A DNA stretch of 64,000 nt from Bugula neritina (taxonomy: Eukaryota; Animalia; Bryozoa): the NCBI GenBank assembly GCA_964035545.1, contig OZ037766.1, positions 23,052,767 to 23,116,766 on the forward strand, read 5' to 3'. Of this stretch, positions 1-18,500 are shown in pieces. The position numbers were made by a program, and so were the translations under genes. The notes under the pieces were generated by a model. That model did not search any database. It was not told the origin of the DNA and saw only the letters and a list, made by a program, of their open reading frames with translations. Numbering within the stretch: position 1 is the first letter of the stretch; each line of letters starts with the position of its first letter.

Positions 1-713
1 TTAAAACTTTTTCATTTGCAGATGTTGTATACAGCTGGTTTATAATTAAGAAAATTACTCCCAATAAATATCTGAAAGATAAAATCTAATAAGCCTTGTC
101 TACTCTTATTCATCTTGCTCAAAAGTTAAATGAGTCGACTATTGAATGCACATTTTAAAACAACACTAATAATACAAGTATTAATTTTATAGCAAAACAT
201 GTCATTTAATAAAATGGAAGAATAGAAATCTCATCGACCTCAACATCCTACCCACCATTTCACTTACTCCTTTAGTCAAGTAAAATACTAAGTTGGTAAG
301 TTATCAATTCAACCAGTCAGCCACCAGCAAGCCCACAATGCAATGTATTAGTTGACAGTAGATATTAGATAGATAAGACAGAGGGTAGATATATCTGTAG
401 AACTTACTATGTTGCAGGAATCAATATCAGCAAGGAGAGGGGTAGCTCCCTAAAACCCAATACAAGGTTCGGATAAAGTGGCTGGAATGAAGGACAAATA
501 GACCAAAGAGCCAGGTGTTAGACATTGATTATTTGGGGAAATCAGACGTGGCAAGTTAAAGTACAAGGACAGATAATTTTTAGGGACACCTAAATAACCT
601 GTCAAAGCACCTTGCTAAGTATTCAATTGGCCAGCTGTCACCTGCAATGCCATAGCAGGTGACAGCATCTACTAGTGTAGCTAGTTGAATGTAGTATGAA
701 TGTACAAACTCAC

Positions 714-5310
<4,597 letters not shown>

Positions 5311-6079
5311 TTAGCATAGTGACAAGTAGTCTTCAGAATTGCTGTATTATTTTATAGAATTCTTTCTATAAATCCTACAACAGCAAAATAAAAGTAGCTT
5401 TTACTTAATATTATTGAGCTTGAGAATATTGAACTCTAAAAAATCAATAATACTTTACAGCATTAAACAACTAATTGCACAAATATAATTATTTCCTTCT
5501 TCCATGCTATTGATGAAGCTTTAACAAGTAATTTACAAACAATTATTTGGAAGATAAATCTATAGATTATTGTTAGTAAACCTAACCTCCATAGCATACC
5601 TATCACTAGGAGTATTAAATAAAGGTGGAAACTAACATTAGCCTAACCTTTTCTGGTAGTAGAGCATCACATTTAATAGAAAATTATTATTTATCCAGAA
5701 ATAAAATAAAACAAATTCACATTTTTTTAATGGAACTGAAAGATAAAACATTATTTACAAAAATTGCATAACCAAATCTGCAAAAAAGCTGCAAACAGCT
5801 GCAAAAAGACATGTTAGAGGATGGCTGGTATTTGAAATCATGGCTTATTATATTTTCTGAGAATTACATGGAATGTAACCTGAAACACCCCAAAAATTCA
5901 TCAAATTACATTTTGCAACTTTTCTTATCAAGTTGATGGTTTACTAGAGCCTTTACAAACACAAATTGCCTACTTATGGCTTGGGTTTATGAAAAGAGGG
6001 AACTGTGAAATAAAACCGTTACTAGTGAGTAGCTAATAATATTAATTATACAAAATCTGAGCTTGATAATAATTTTAAG

Positions 6080-7570
6080 ACAAGCATAATCATAATGATT
6101 AATGATAGTCATAATCGCTATGACCATCCTGTGGTCATTATCATAGCCATGGGCCATGGCTCCCAAGTTTATCATTATGTTTACCTTAGAGCTATACTAA
6201 TACTAATACTAACTTATACTTTTAGTTATAATTCTAATAATAGTTATACTAACACTACCACTAGTAGTATTACTAATAGTAAATGTAGCACTCGGAGTTA
6301 TGTATTTAGTTGTATATCTGATAATCATAATGATAATCATAATGACATTCATATTTTATATTGATAATCATTATGATTATCATTTGACTATTATTATTAT
6401 AACTACAAGTATAAGCTAAGCCTAATGAATAGAATTAGTATTGGATTAGATTGTCAATATTCAATATGAATCTAATAGTCATATTCATAATCATAATGAA
6501 TAATCAATAATTCATAATTATAATCACTAACAGTAACTCTAAGAGTACGAGTAAGTATTAGTATTACTATTATTATTAGTATTATCACTGAGCACTAATT
6601 CTACATTTAATGAGCAACACCAACAGTAACACTAGCTCAAACTGTAATCACTATCAGTAATGACTAATACTAACACTGATGTCTAATAGTAATAGTAACA
6701 CTAATAGCAATAACAATCACGAAAGTTAAACTTAACGTTAATGTTAATCACTGAAAATTAAAGTTGATGAGTAACACCAACTGCTAGTCATAAACTAAAA
6801 CTGTTAGTGTTACTGTAAACCTAAAGTAAAAATGTAATCACTAATCAGTAACGACCACAACTAAAACAGTTTTACTCAAACTAAAAGTACGTCTAATGAG
6901 TATTAGTATGACTACAACTACGAGTCATAGTCAATAACTATAAGTCATAGTATGACTATGACTATGAGTAATGAGAAAGAGTTTGAAAGTGAAACTGAAA
7001 CATCAACATGATCAAGTGATGATCATAAATAATAATAAATATAATGATAATCGTTAACCTCAACTTTATCTAATCACTATTACTATTAGTATTACTATTA
7101 CTATTAGTATTACTATTACTATTAGTATTACTATTACTATTAGTATTAATATTACTATTAGATCAACCAAGAGTAAGACTAAGAGTCTGAGTAAAACTAA
7201 GAGTAAGAGTACCACAAACTCTAACTGTAAGTCTAAGAGTCTTAGTCACTCTTACTGTAAGAGTAAGACTAAGAGTAAGAGCAAATCCTTATTATTATGA
7301 TAATCTGATAGTCATAGTGATAATCGTCATGATGATGATTTAATTTTATCATTTTGATTTTGATTTTATAATATGAATATCATTATGAATGGATCAAACT
7401 GCAAACTTGAAGAAATAATCATTGGGAATCAGAGTATCATCACAATTAAATTCTACTGATGATACTAATACACTATTACTCTTTGTATTACATTTACTAG
7501 GTAAAGTGACTTCCTATAAACTTCAGTTATGAAGTTGATGACCATAATCATGATGATAATGATGATGATA
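6080..7570. repeat. Cryptic low-complexity tri/hexanucleotide sequence (ACT/ATT/CAT/AGT-rich)
   Basis: Degenerate runs such as (TACTAT)n at ~7076-7160, (TAAGAG)n at ~7170-7280 and (ATCATA/GATAAT)n. Confidence 0.7.
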
Positions 7571-7850
7571 TTGCGCTCGCTAAGAAAAACTTGCGTCAAC
7601 ATGTACTCGTAGCTTGTTTTTCAAACGCTTTTTTACAAAAGTATTCCTATGTGATTTATAGTACAATAAAGTAATTCAAGTAATTGTTTCTCCAGAAACC
7701 TAAGCTAACAGAATTTTTAAACCAATAGGATTTTCTGGTTATGTTACCAAACCCGCAGGACAACAAAAGCACGTGAAGAAGATAATGAAATGGGAGGTGT
7801 GCGTTAAAAGGTTAAAAATCCTAATGATCTAACCGCCAAAAAGGTACTGT
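7570..7850. promoter_or_regulatory. Putative bidirectional promoter (PI4K2 / PsuG-PsuK)
   Basis: CpG-containing patch between divergent genes; E-box CACGTG ~7770; candidate first-exon donors on - (7699) and + (7844); both coding starts follow splice acceptors (~5375 on -, 9430 on +). Confidence 0.45.
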
Positions 7851-9506
7851 TTTAAGCTTATGAGTTTCAGAAAAAATATATCCAATGCAGTTTTATTTTA
7901 TTCAATAATGCCACTGTTGTAAGAAGCATCATATTTGGTTGTTTTTCCCAAGTTTAAATGCTTTTTTTAGCTCAACAACTTGAACAACTAGTGACACTAC
8001 AACTACAAGTATAACTATTATTATAACTATAAGTATAACTATAAGTATAAGTATAATGATAATATTAATATAATTATTATTAATATTAATAATATTGATA
8101 ATCGTAATCATAATGATAATGATTATGATAATTAAACTTAAAGATTAATTTACACTGGCACTTGAACGGTGAGCTGTAAGTGTGACAGTCTCACTGAGTC
8201 TAGTGGTATAAACTGTGAAGCGTTTTTTGTTTGAATATTCAGGAGTAAAAGTATGAGTTAGCAAATGCAACTGGTATACTTGGTCTTATATTCATGGTTT
8301 TGGCAATTAATATACATATAGGCATAGCTATGTATCATAATAGTAATGACAGTCATAGTGATAGCATGATTGTTGGTAAACATGAAATATGATAAAATGG
8401 AAATTATAGCTTATTTTATATTTACTAATACATATTTACTAGTGGGTATAGTCATAGATGATAGTTGCTGATTGTGGAATAACATTGAGTGATAATTATA
8501 TTTAATTTTGGTTAGTTTAGCATTCATATTGATTACATATAACAGTTTTACTTATACTTATAATTGTTATTAGCTCTTGAATTTGCATCAAAAATGATAT
8601 TGAAGTAAAAATATAGTTGTGACTTATCTTTTCTTCTAGAAACTTTTGCACCCTTGCTAAGTTGAAGTCTTATATTAACCCAACTTAAGTTGATAGCTTA
8701 TCATTTCAAGTCAAATTATGGTTCAGCAAAAATTCTAGTCTAGGTCCAGCAATGATTCAATATGCTTAAATAAATGTTAACAGAGCTGCAAGCTTTTAAT
8801 GGAAAGCACTGCACAATGTGTTCAAATAAATATTTGTGGACATTTTTGATAAAAAGTTTTGAAAATCTACGAAAAAGTAGCAGCTTACAAAGTTATTTAT
8901 GGCTCTAACTTTTATTGTACTATTAAAGGATGGTTTTTGCTGATATTTTCCAAATACCGTTTTAATGCCAGATTCTGGTAATTTGCTATTTTCTCTCATT
9001 ATTTACCCAATAGTCACCCGCAAAGTTGCATCAATAGTTATTGTCTATGAATATTGCTTGTTAACTACAACAATATTAGGTCCCTAGTCTAAATGACTTT
9101 GTGTATGTTGAAGCCCCATAATTTTTTATATTGTATTCCTTTACTGAGTTGGTTCAATTATTATTATTGCTGGTGTAATCTACCATATATCGGACTTTTT
9201 GTAAGATGTGAGTAGATTCTAGCAGAGCTGTTGTTTAGCCAATGTGTTCTATGTATGTTATATTATTTAGTAAAATACTGCGTTCTTTTTTGTACTTTTA
9301 TTTTACTCAGCCTAGGTAAAAAGATTAGCAATATAAAGTGAGTATAAAGTATAAACAATAGGACTTAATCTTTAATATATTATATGCATGCCAATGGTGT
9401 AAAATACTGAAATTATTTTATATCATTCAGTAAGACGTAAATAGACGAGCTATCAAGTATACCATCACATATAAGATGTCAAGAGACTGCTTGCTTGTAT
9501 AAAAAG

Positions 9507-12500
9507 ATGAGTTTCCTTCGTTGTTCTGGCAAAGCATTATTCTCCTCAATTTCAAAATCTTATGCTGCAGGTAATCATTTTAAGTATCAGTTTTATTATT
9601 ATTCTTCACCTGCTTGTTCAAACATTGTATAACAATATAGAACCTGAGATAACTGTATTTTGTCACTGCTTAATTTCAAACTTTCTCAAGTTATATAAAG
9701 ACAAACTTTGAGATTTTTTTATCTACAATTGGTAATAATTTTAGTGAATTGCAACATAAAGGTATGAGATTATATAATAGTATACTAGTCTATGAAATGT
9801 TATTAAACAGCTGATAAATATATATTTTCCCAACAGCTAGAAATTAGTCGTAATGTATTCTAAATCTAACAGGTTTTAAATTATGTCTATGACTGTTTCA
9901 GAATGGAATGCAAGAATATCAACAGCAAGGTTTGTCATCCAAGACCATTTAAAAGAAGTGATAGCCCAAAATGGCCCTGTAGTCGCCTTGGAAAGTACAA
10001 TACTTACACATGGGATGCCCTTTCCTGAAAATCTAGAGTAGGTTCTCAGCCTATTTTTGTTTTAAGTCTTATAAAGTGTTGAGTCTTTGATTTTCCATCA
10101 AGTATCTATAAGAGAAACTATCGTTGGTGTTGTTGAAGCAATCTACAGTCATAATTATTGGTTTTATATATATTTGCTTCTCTCACATACACACACTATG
10201 TTATATTAAAAAACTAACAAACACTAATAATACAAAAGAAGCAACCTAAGCAAAAACTATTTTATGTTGCAGTATGTGCTGCATTTTATAAACTTTATCT
10301 TTTTTACAATACTCTATAGGATGGCTAGATCTGTAGAGAATATTATTAGAAAAGCTGGAGCTGAGCCAGCTACTATCGCTCTTTTATCTGGGAAGGTACA
10401 TATCGGGTTGACCGATAGTCAGCTGGCCGAGCTAGCTGACAGCAGCAGAACTGCAGGCAGCGAGTGTGTGAAAGTTTCCCGTAGAGATATTGCTTATACT
10501 CTTAATCAGGTAGTCTACATTGTTTTATTCGCCATTTGTATAAACCGATCTAAAATTTCTAACATTCGGTTCAAGTGTTAAAAATCTCAGATTAGTTTAT
10601 ACAGTAAAATAGTTGATAGTCTTAATATGAGTTTGTTGTAGTTTGGGATAGTTTGGCAATAATGGTGAAATACTTGTCTATGGCACCAGTTTAGTCTAAT
10701 ATGTAAATATACGCAAACATTTTACTCTTATGTAGCTATCAGTTCTGCAATTTTTAAAACCTTGCTTGGTCATCAAGTGATTTTTAATACTCATACTGAT
10801 ACAGATATTTACTTGAAGAAGCCACTTTGCTATTCTATGATAAGTTAACCCTCTCTCCCCCATTGCACTCACCTTTAACAGTTTCAAAATAAATTAATAA
10901 TGTCTTTATAGTCAGTTACACGGGAATCAGATGAGTAAATTTGCTCATCTATGGCAACTTCTTTGAAGTTGGTACATAACTTAGCTATTTTTTCATAAAA
11001 AAAACTAATGTCAAGTTTTGTAGTGCTTCCATAAACAAATTCATACAGTTTGTGTGCCATTTGTTTTGTTAAGTAGATGTCTTTTGGACTTTTGCCTATT
11101 GCAGGGTTTGCTAGGTGGTACTACCATCTCAGCCACTATGTTCTTAGCTCACAAGGCTGGTATCAAAGTGTTTGTCTCTGGAGGGTTGGGTGGAGTACAC
11201 AGAGGGGGAGAGTCAAGTATGGACATCAGTGCTGACCTCATAGAGCTAGGTAAAACACCTGTAGCTCTCGTTACATCAGGTTAGTTCTCAAATCATTTTT
11301 GCTTTTGATAGTTCCCATACTTTTCTTTAATCTTAAAGTATACGTCTTAAAATACTGTCAGATTTCAGTCTCTTATTTGATATTGCCTAGATGTGGATCT
11401 TATTTTATCACAAATAATGATGTTTCCCAGTGAAGGATGAGTTGATGTTTAGTTCAAATGAGCCACACAGTTTATACCAACGACTTCCTTCAAATGATGA
11501 AAACTGCAGTAATTGGCTGATAATAACCGGGGAAAATTTTAGCTGTTGAACTCAGATTCTCAAAATTCAATCAGTTAAAATTTAATTTCATCAACTAGGT
11601 TACAGTTTCAATGAATGGCTGCAAGTAGAGCTCAATAGAAGATTATTTGATTAGAGTTGTTGTTCTAGCCCAGGGGTTGGCAACTTGGGGCCTCAAGGCC
11701 ACCTGTGACCCTTTGCCCATTTTTCAGTGGCTCTTTTAAGGCTCAAGATTAGTAAAAATTATTATATGCATTCTGATTAGAACAGTATAGGTTTGATGAC
11801 ACAATACTTTATAATAATAAAAGTTTGTTATGTATACAATCATGTGACTGTTTTGGCTGACTACTGAACTTGACCCTCATGCCAAAGCAGTTGCCCACCC
11901 CTGTTCTAGTCAATCTACTGAGTTCAACTATATATCACAGTGACAAAATGTGTTTTAGCTTTGTGTCAAACAAGTCTTGTCACAGGTGAATTTGCTAGTT
12001 TTCTTTGGTGTTGTAAAAATCTTATAACATATTTGCTACTTTGTCTCCCATCTTATGTATTTATTGTTTTGTTAAGGAGTGAAAAGTATCTTAGATATCG
12101 GACGCACGTTAGAGTTTCTAGAAACTCAAGGGGTATGCGTAGCAACGTTTGGTCCCAGCACACAATTTCCTGCCTTCTTCACAAGAGATAGTGGGCATAA
12201 TTCCATCTGTAATCTAAACAGCTATGATGATGCAGCCCAACTTATTCACACTACATTCTCTATGGATCTAAACAATGGTATGTCACACAAAGTGTGTTAT
12301 TCTATAGTCACATTTGATCGTAAATTAAGTTTATTATTACAGCCATTATTTTCTTATTATTTCAACTTTTATATGTTTTTTTTTCTCTTTTACTTTTTTA
12401 TTTGTTGGTAACCTTGTTTTATTGTAATATATTGTGTTTGGTAGGGCTCAATAAGATTTTTAATTGATTTTAACGTGTAGTCAAATAGCTGTGTTGAGTT

Positions 12501-15500
12501 AAATTCTGACACCTTATAGACATTCTCAATACTTGCTAACCACTTTATAACTAATGTGTATGTTGCCACTAATTCAATTGGTCAATGCAGGTATACTCAT
12601 AGCCAATCCAATAGCAGAAGAATATGAGGTTGATGGACATCAAATAGAAGAGTGTATACAGAGAGCTGTAACAGAAGCGGAGTGAGTACTTCTTGCTTAA
12701 ACAACAGTTGTTGACAAATCTGACTTGAAAGTAGTAGTATGCGTACAGTATTACACATGTGTTTGTCTGGTTGTGTTGGTTTATGAGGGCTCAATAATAT
12801 TTATACCAGTTTCATAGCCGTTGAAGACAACTTTGGTTTTAAGCCCATAATCTGACTAATTGTATTACCCTGTTTCGCTTCTCAATTATTTAGTCAACCT
12901 CATTACTTGTACAATAACTCATTTTTATTCGATAATAATTTAAGGTATATCCTATAAATCATTATTAAATGAAAATTTATGAATTTATGAATTATGACAA
13001 TTCATAACTTGTAGAGATATGAAGATCAAGGGCAAAGCTATCACCCCTTATGTACTGCAGCAGGTCAATCAACTAACTCAAGGTCGTTCTCTGAAAGCAA
13101 ATATAGCTCTTGTAGAGTCAAACGCTCTTGTTGGAGCGGAAATAGCTGTGAGGTAAGAACATGGTTAGTTAGTGGGATGATGTGCAGCAATTGGTTGTAT
13201 ACGACATATTTGAGTTGTTGGAAATAGTCTAAGAACTTGCTAGTAATGTAGTTACTTTAAAGTACAATTTTAGCTAGAGCCATTTTTCAAATTCACAAAA
13301 TACCTCCTAAATTTTTCCGAAGTGTTCCTGGGAGTACTACATGTGTTACCCAAGATTTGAAAGCTTTTGGTTTAGACTACAATCAATGAGAATGCTGTTC
13401 TAAAAGGAGCTAGGCTCATATGTCAAATCTCGTAGTAGATGGTAAAAAGGGTTACTGTTCAATAGTGCATTAGAAGCTTGTAAATCTAGTCTACAGTATG
13501 GTTAAAACTTGGTTGGACCTAACGTTATCAAAATCTTGAGCGTTGCGGAAACTATAGTTATATATATGTATTAATGTAGTAAAGTTTGTATATCAAGTAG
13601 TATTTAATTGTATTGAAACATGCAAAACCTTTTTCACAGGTTGTCTAAACTGGAAAACTGTGACAATAAGGTGAAACCCTGCAACCCACCCATCCTTAGA
13701 CAAGTACAGAGCTCTAACTCTATATCCACCACTAGCAGTAAATCAGCCCTCGACACACCCAGAGTTGCTGTAGTTGGTGCCAGTAACCTAGACTGTGTTC
13801 TTCACCTTCTCAATGATTCTGTACAGGTGCATGTCGTATACTATACATCAGATGTTTAATTATAATATTATGTTCAAATCTGTAATTTTTTTTTCCTCAT
13901 CTATCTCCGCTTTGCCCTGTTCTATTTTCTGCAATAAGGGCTGTTTTCAGTAAACTCATTAAATGGATACAGTAGTGAAAAGGGTACCTTAGTATCAAAA
14001 GGCAAGCTTGGGGCTCAATATGTGTTAAATCAAGGCATTAGTTATCAACCAATTGTACTGTTTACAAAACACCAAACCTAGTAATTCCCACTAAAAGACC
14101 CATGTTCTACCCAGAGTGTAGTGAAACTATTTATGTAAGTTATAATGAAGTATGGTTTAGACTTTAGAGTTTAGAGCATAGCTTTTAGCCTAGTGGTAAG
14201 CCTTTCAAATACTAGGTGTGTGATTAAACTATCTTGTAAATAATAAAGGACACCTGGTCACAAAGGCTAGTCTCCTAACAGGTCTAACAAAATATATTAC
14301 TCCTTGGATTTCATCAGTGAGTAAGACTGTAAATATTTTATATGGGTAATTTTATATTTCAATGTGACTCAAATGTAGCTTTTGTTTTGTGTTTAGTTTC
14401 ACGGTCACACCAACAACGCCCTATCAGCAGTGTGCTCTGGTGGGGTTGGCAGGAACCTATGTGATGGTCTTACACGACTCGGTTTCAATCCCGTGTTTTT
14501 ATCAGCTGTAGGAAATGACGTGAATGGAGAGAAAATTATCAGCATGTCTAAATACATGGTAGTATTTCATATTTCATCACATTTGTGTATAAATATTCCA
14601 TTTTGATGTCTAATTGAATGGGTTATGTTTTATATTATGTTGATTTTTATAGTACCCTTTTTACTAGTGTTCAATTATTTAGTGAAGTTTGAATTTATAT
14701 TTCCTCACTTGGCATTGTTTTGTACAAATGTTTCTCAATACGATATTTTACTTTAGTCTCCAATAATTAAATGCTCTATTTTATTATATTATTTTTATGG
14801 TTTTAGGATTGGAGTAATATCCTTCGTCTACCACAGCAAAACACTGCTTATTATACCGTTATCCTGGATAATAAGGGAGATTTGTACTTGGGTGTTGGAG
14901 ATATGAAAATACATGATCAGATAACTCCTCAGTATGTGCGTAACTATTTAATAGCATTTTTAAAAATTAATCATCAACAAGTTGCATTTTATGCTCTATT
15001 TTAAGCAATTTGCAAACTTTAATTTTGATATTTGTGTGAACAAACATCCGAAAAATTTTCTAACCATTGACGGTGTCCGGTAAAAATGGCACAGGTAAAA
15101 CTGGCAGGATAAAAGTGGCACAGGTGATAATGGCACAGGTAATGATGGCACAAATGGCAAAATAGGTAAAACCGGCACATTTTCAATACTAGGGCTTGGG
15201 GTGGGGGTTTAAGTGTTGGGTGCCTGAGTTTTTGGTTTGGGAAGATTTAACATCAGTGTGCCATTTTTACCTATTTACCTATTTTTGCCATTATTACCTG
15301 TGCCATTTTTACCTAAAATCAACCATTGACATCAGCATTTAATTGAATTTTGATTTTTATAGGCCTGTATTTTGTTTAGCTTTACTGTTAGCTTTATGCT
15401 TGTATTTTTTATTTTTGAAAAATGAGCATTTTATACTGTAGTAAAGCTTTATTTAGTTGCACAAAATATTTATCTGTTGTGTTCCAAGCAATGTGTAAAT

Positions 15501-18500
15501 TTGAATTGATTTGTAAATTTTAGCTGGTAGTTATTCAATTCTAAATTTTGTCTTCAGGCAATGAATGATTTTAGCCATTGAAATTAATACATCTTTTAAA
15601 TCTAGGTATTTATATTATAAAAAGATTTGTGGAAATTGATGGTATAGTGTTGATGTTAATTAAGGCTATCATATTTATAGATATAGATTGAAGTTTGATG
15701 CATTGAAATTTTAATAAGTGACTTATTTTAAAAATGTAGTTATTATTGCTAATGAAATGCCTGATGGCTATAGAAATTTCTTTGAATTATTAAAAGTTTT
15801 TTATTTAGCATAAATGAGTTGAGTAAAACTTTTGTAGGTTAGTATACAAATTATTATGCACTCTAAAATCTAATTCGATTCCTGCTGAAAAAGTGTGAAA
15901 ATGTTAATTTGAGTAAGGAGTTGCAATATGGTAAGACAATTCTGCAATTTGGCTTTTAGTGACTCACTTGTGTTTCTAATAGTCAAATACTGATGTTGTC
16001 TTTACAGTAAAAGCAGTGTCAAGACTCGATTTTCTCTGCTATAAAATTATGCAAATATAATTAAAGCAAAATCAAGCTGTAAAAGCAGTAACTATAACTA
16101 ACCTTTATCAAGAAACTTTTTTATTTTTAGCTTCTAGGGAACAACTCTTTGAAGGCATCACAGTTTAGGTATTTCTCACATTTTAACAGGTGTTTTCAAA
16201 GTTGGTGTGTTTTCCCTTCTTTATAATTTGCTTCCAACTATTGCTTAAGTGTGTCTAAAGCCTCCGTTTACTATTAACATACTTAGCAGTGTTTTTATTT
16301 GATAAAACATAATATATTTCAAAATGACTTTTTGAGTACTACAAATGTTAACAAATGTTTTTCTTATAAAAGCTTATTTGGCCTTGATATGAAACTAATG
16401 GCAAACAAATTAAATGAAAATTTTATGTCAAGTCTTGTAATATTCAACGCTTTCATGTTCTTGCTACTAGGACTTTCTTTATAAGTTACACAGATGTTTT
16501 TCTATTGTAGCAAGTAAAATAATCTTACTTTTAGATAAAGGAAAATGATGAGATGTTGAAAGACGCTCCCCTTATTATAATGGATGGAAATATTAGCTTA
16601 GAAAGCATGAAAGCAATTGGAGAGATTGCTTTGGAATACCAAATACCAAGTGAGTTGTAATTATATAATTATTTATTATTTACAAAGGACATAATATATA
16701 TTATAGTGTATATTACATTCTATAAAAAACATTCTCAACACCATATTAATAGTAATTATCAACAGTAACAATGTAAAGTCAAAAAATTTGCACTAATTTG
16801 GAATGTATTAAAATAGGGAATGCACACGTAAGGCAGACGATAAAAATATTGAATAGTTCAGCACATTTGAAACATTTACTTCCACCCAAGATTGGTGTCA
16901 CTAATCAAATATCAGCTGTTAGACTTTCTAAAAACTGATGGACTTGGTAAACAGATATTAGCATACTACTACTAGTTACTATTACTTTATATCAGCTACC
17001 AGTATTTAGTTACTAGTAGCTAGTCAGTCATCAGTATCCATGATAGATTATATGTGAGTAAAGTTAGTAACTTCCACTGTGGCTCTGTCCACTGGTGGAG
17101 TCTTTTTCCGATTCGTCGAAACGTCTGCGAAACCAGTTGCAAAAGAGAGCTACGGCTGATATGAAGGTGAAAAAACCTCCTAAAACATGCAGCCAGTAGC
17201 CCCATGAGAGAATGTTGAAGTCAGCTTTAGGCATCCATGTTCTGTCTATACTTCCCATCCCAAACAATATAGCTTCTATCGTGCTGAATATGACTGCAAA
17301 ATTCAAAAAGTTACAAGCTATTAAAACCCAAAGTGAAAAAAACTCTACACTCTAAATTTGTAAATTTTTTAAAAACTAAATTTTTGTCCCATAATATTTT
17401 TGAATACTCACATGAAACGAAAACCAAAACAAATGCCCGAAAGACTGTTCGGTTGCTGTCAGATGAGCAACAATGACACATTATTCCAGTTACTGTCATC
17501 ATTCCGAATACAAGAATCAGGAAGTTGAATACTGCTAGTACTTGCAGAGCAGTAAACCATGCTAAAAAATAAAAATATATTGCATAATTCAATGCTGCCA
17601 GAGTTTTGTTTGAGGTGCATTTCAAACAGCAAAAATGAACAGATGTGTTTTCTTAAGCAATAAGGAATAGTTGGTTTGCTGAAATAAAACTGGGTACAGT
17701 TGGCTGCTTCAATTGTTTATCCTAGTTATCATGATAAAATGAGCCTGCATAGAAGATCAATGAAATATAAAATAGTATTAAAGTGAAGGTTGCTCAGCAT
17801 TATTACGCCTATATAATTATAATGTTTCTTATTTACTGTTTGGACTTTTACTATAAATATGCCTAAGCACAATTTGTATACTTTGCTAATTGTTCTATCA
17901 TTAGAAATGATATCCATTATTACTTGCTAATTTAATATTAATAGTTTCAACAACTAAAATATTAAAATTATTGTTTAATTCATTGAGGTTGATCATATTT
18001 TAGCACCAAACTTTAAAGCACTTTAGGTAATTCTTTTAATATTTGTGCTGAATACTATAAAGTCATAAAGATAGTAAATATTTTTGGTAAAAATAAAATT
18101 ATCTGCAGTTCTTATGTAATTGCTGTTGTCGTACACCAAGAATTCAATTAGCCTTAGGTGTAAAAATTTAAATCAAAATGTTAACTTGATTTTTATTTTA
18201 GTTTAGGTCTCTCATTCGACTTTGTTATTTTTGGCTTGAAGTTGATCAGCAACTAATCTATTTTTACAGAAAAAGACAATTTCTGTGTTACTAACTATTT
18301 GAAACATTGCCCATACTTTGTATGCTATAAATAAACAATAATCTTTGTACTTAACTTTTAACTTGAAACTCAAATTAAGAATCAGAATGACTATGAGAAT
18401 ATTTTGGTTTTACTTTTACTAGTACTGTAGAAATTTGAAAATTCTAGACGTAGTAGTAGAATTTCAATTTGATTAAAACTAAAATTAAAGGCAAGGCGAG

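Noticed and set aside
9925-9952. PTS2-like RFVIQDHL in PsuG-PsuK
   Set aside because: Spacing is one residue short of R-L/I/V/Q-x5-H/Q-L and position 2 does not match.
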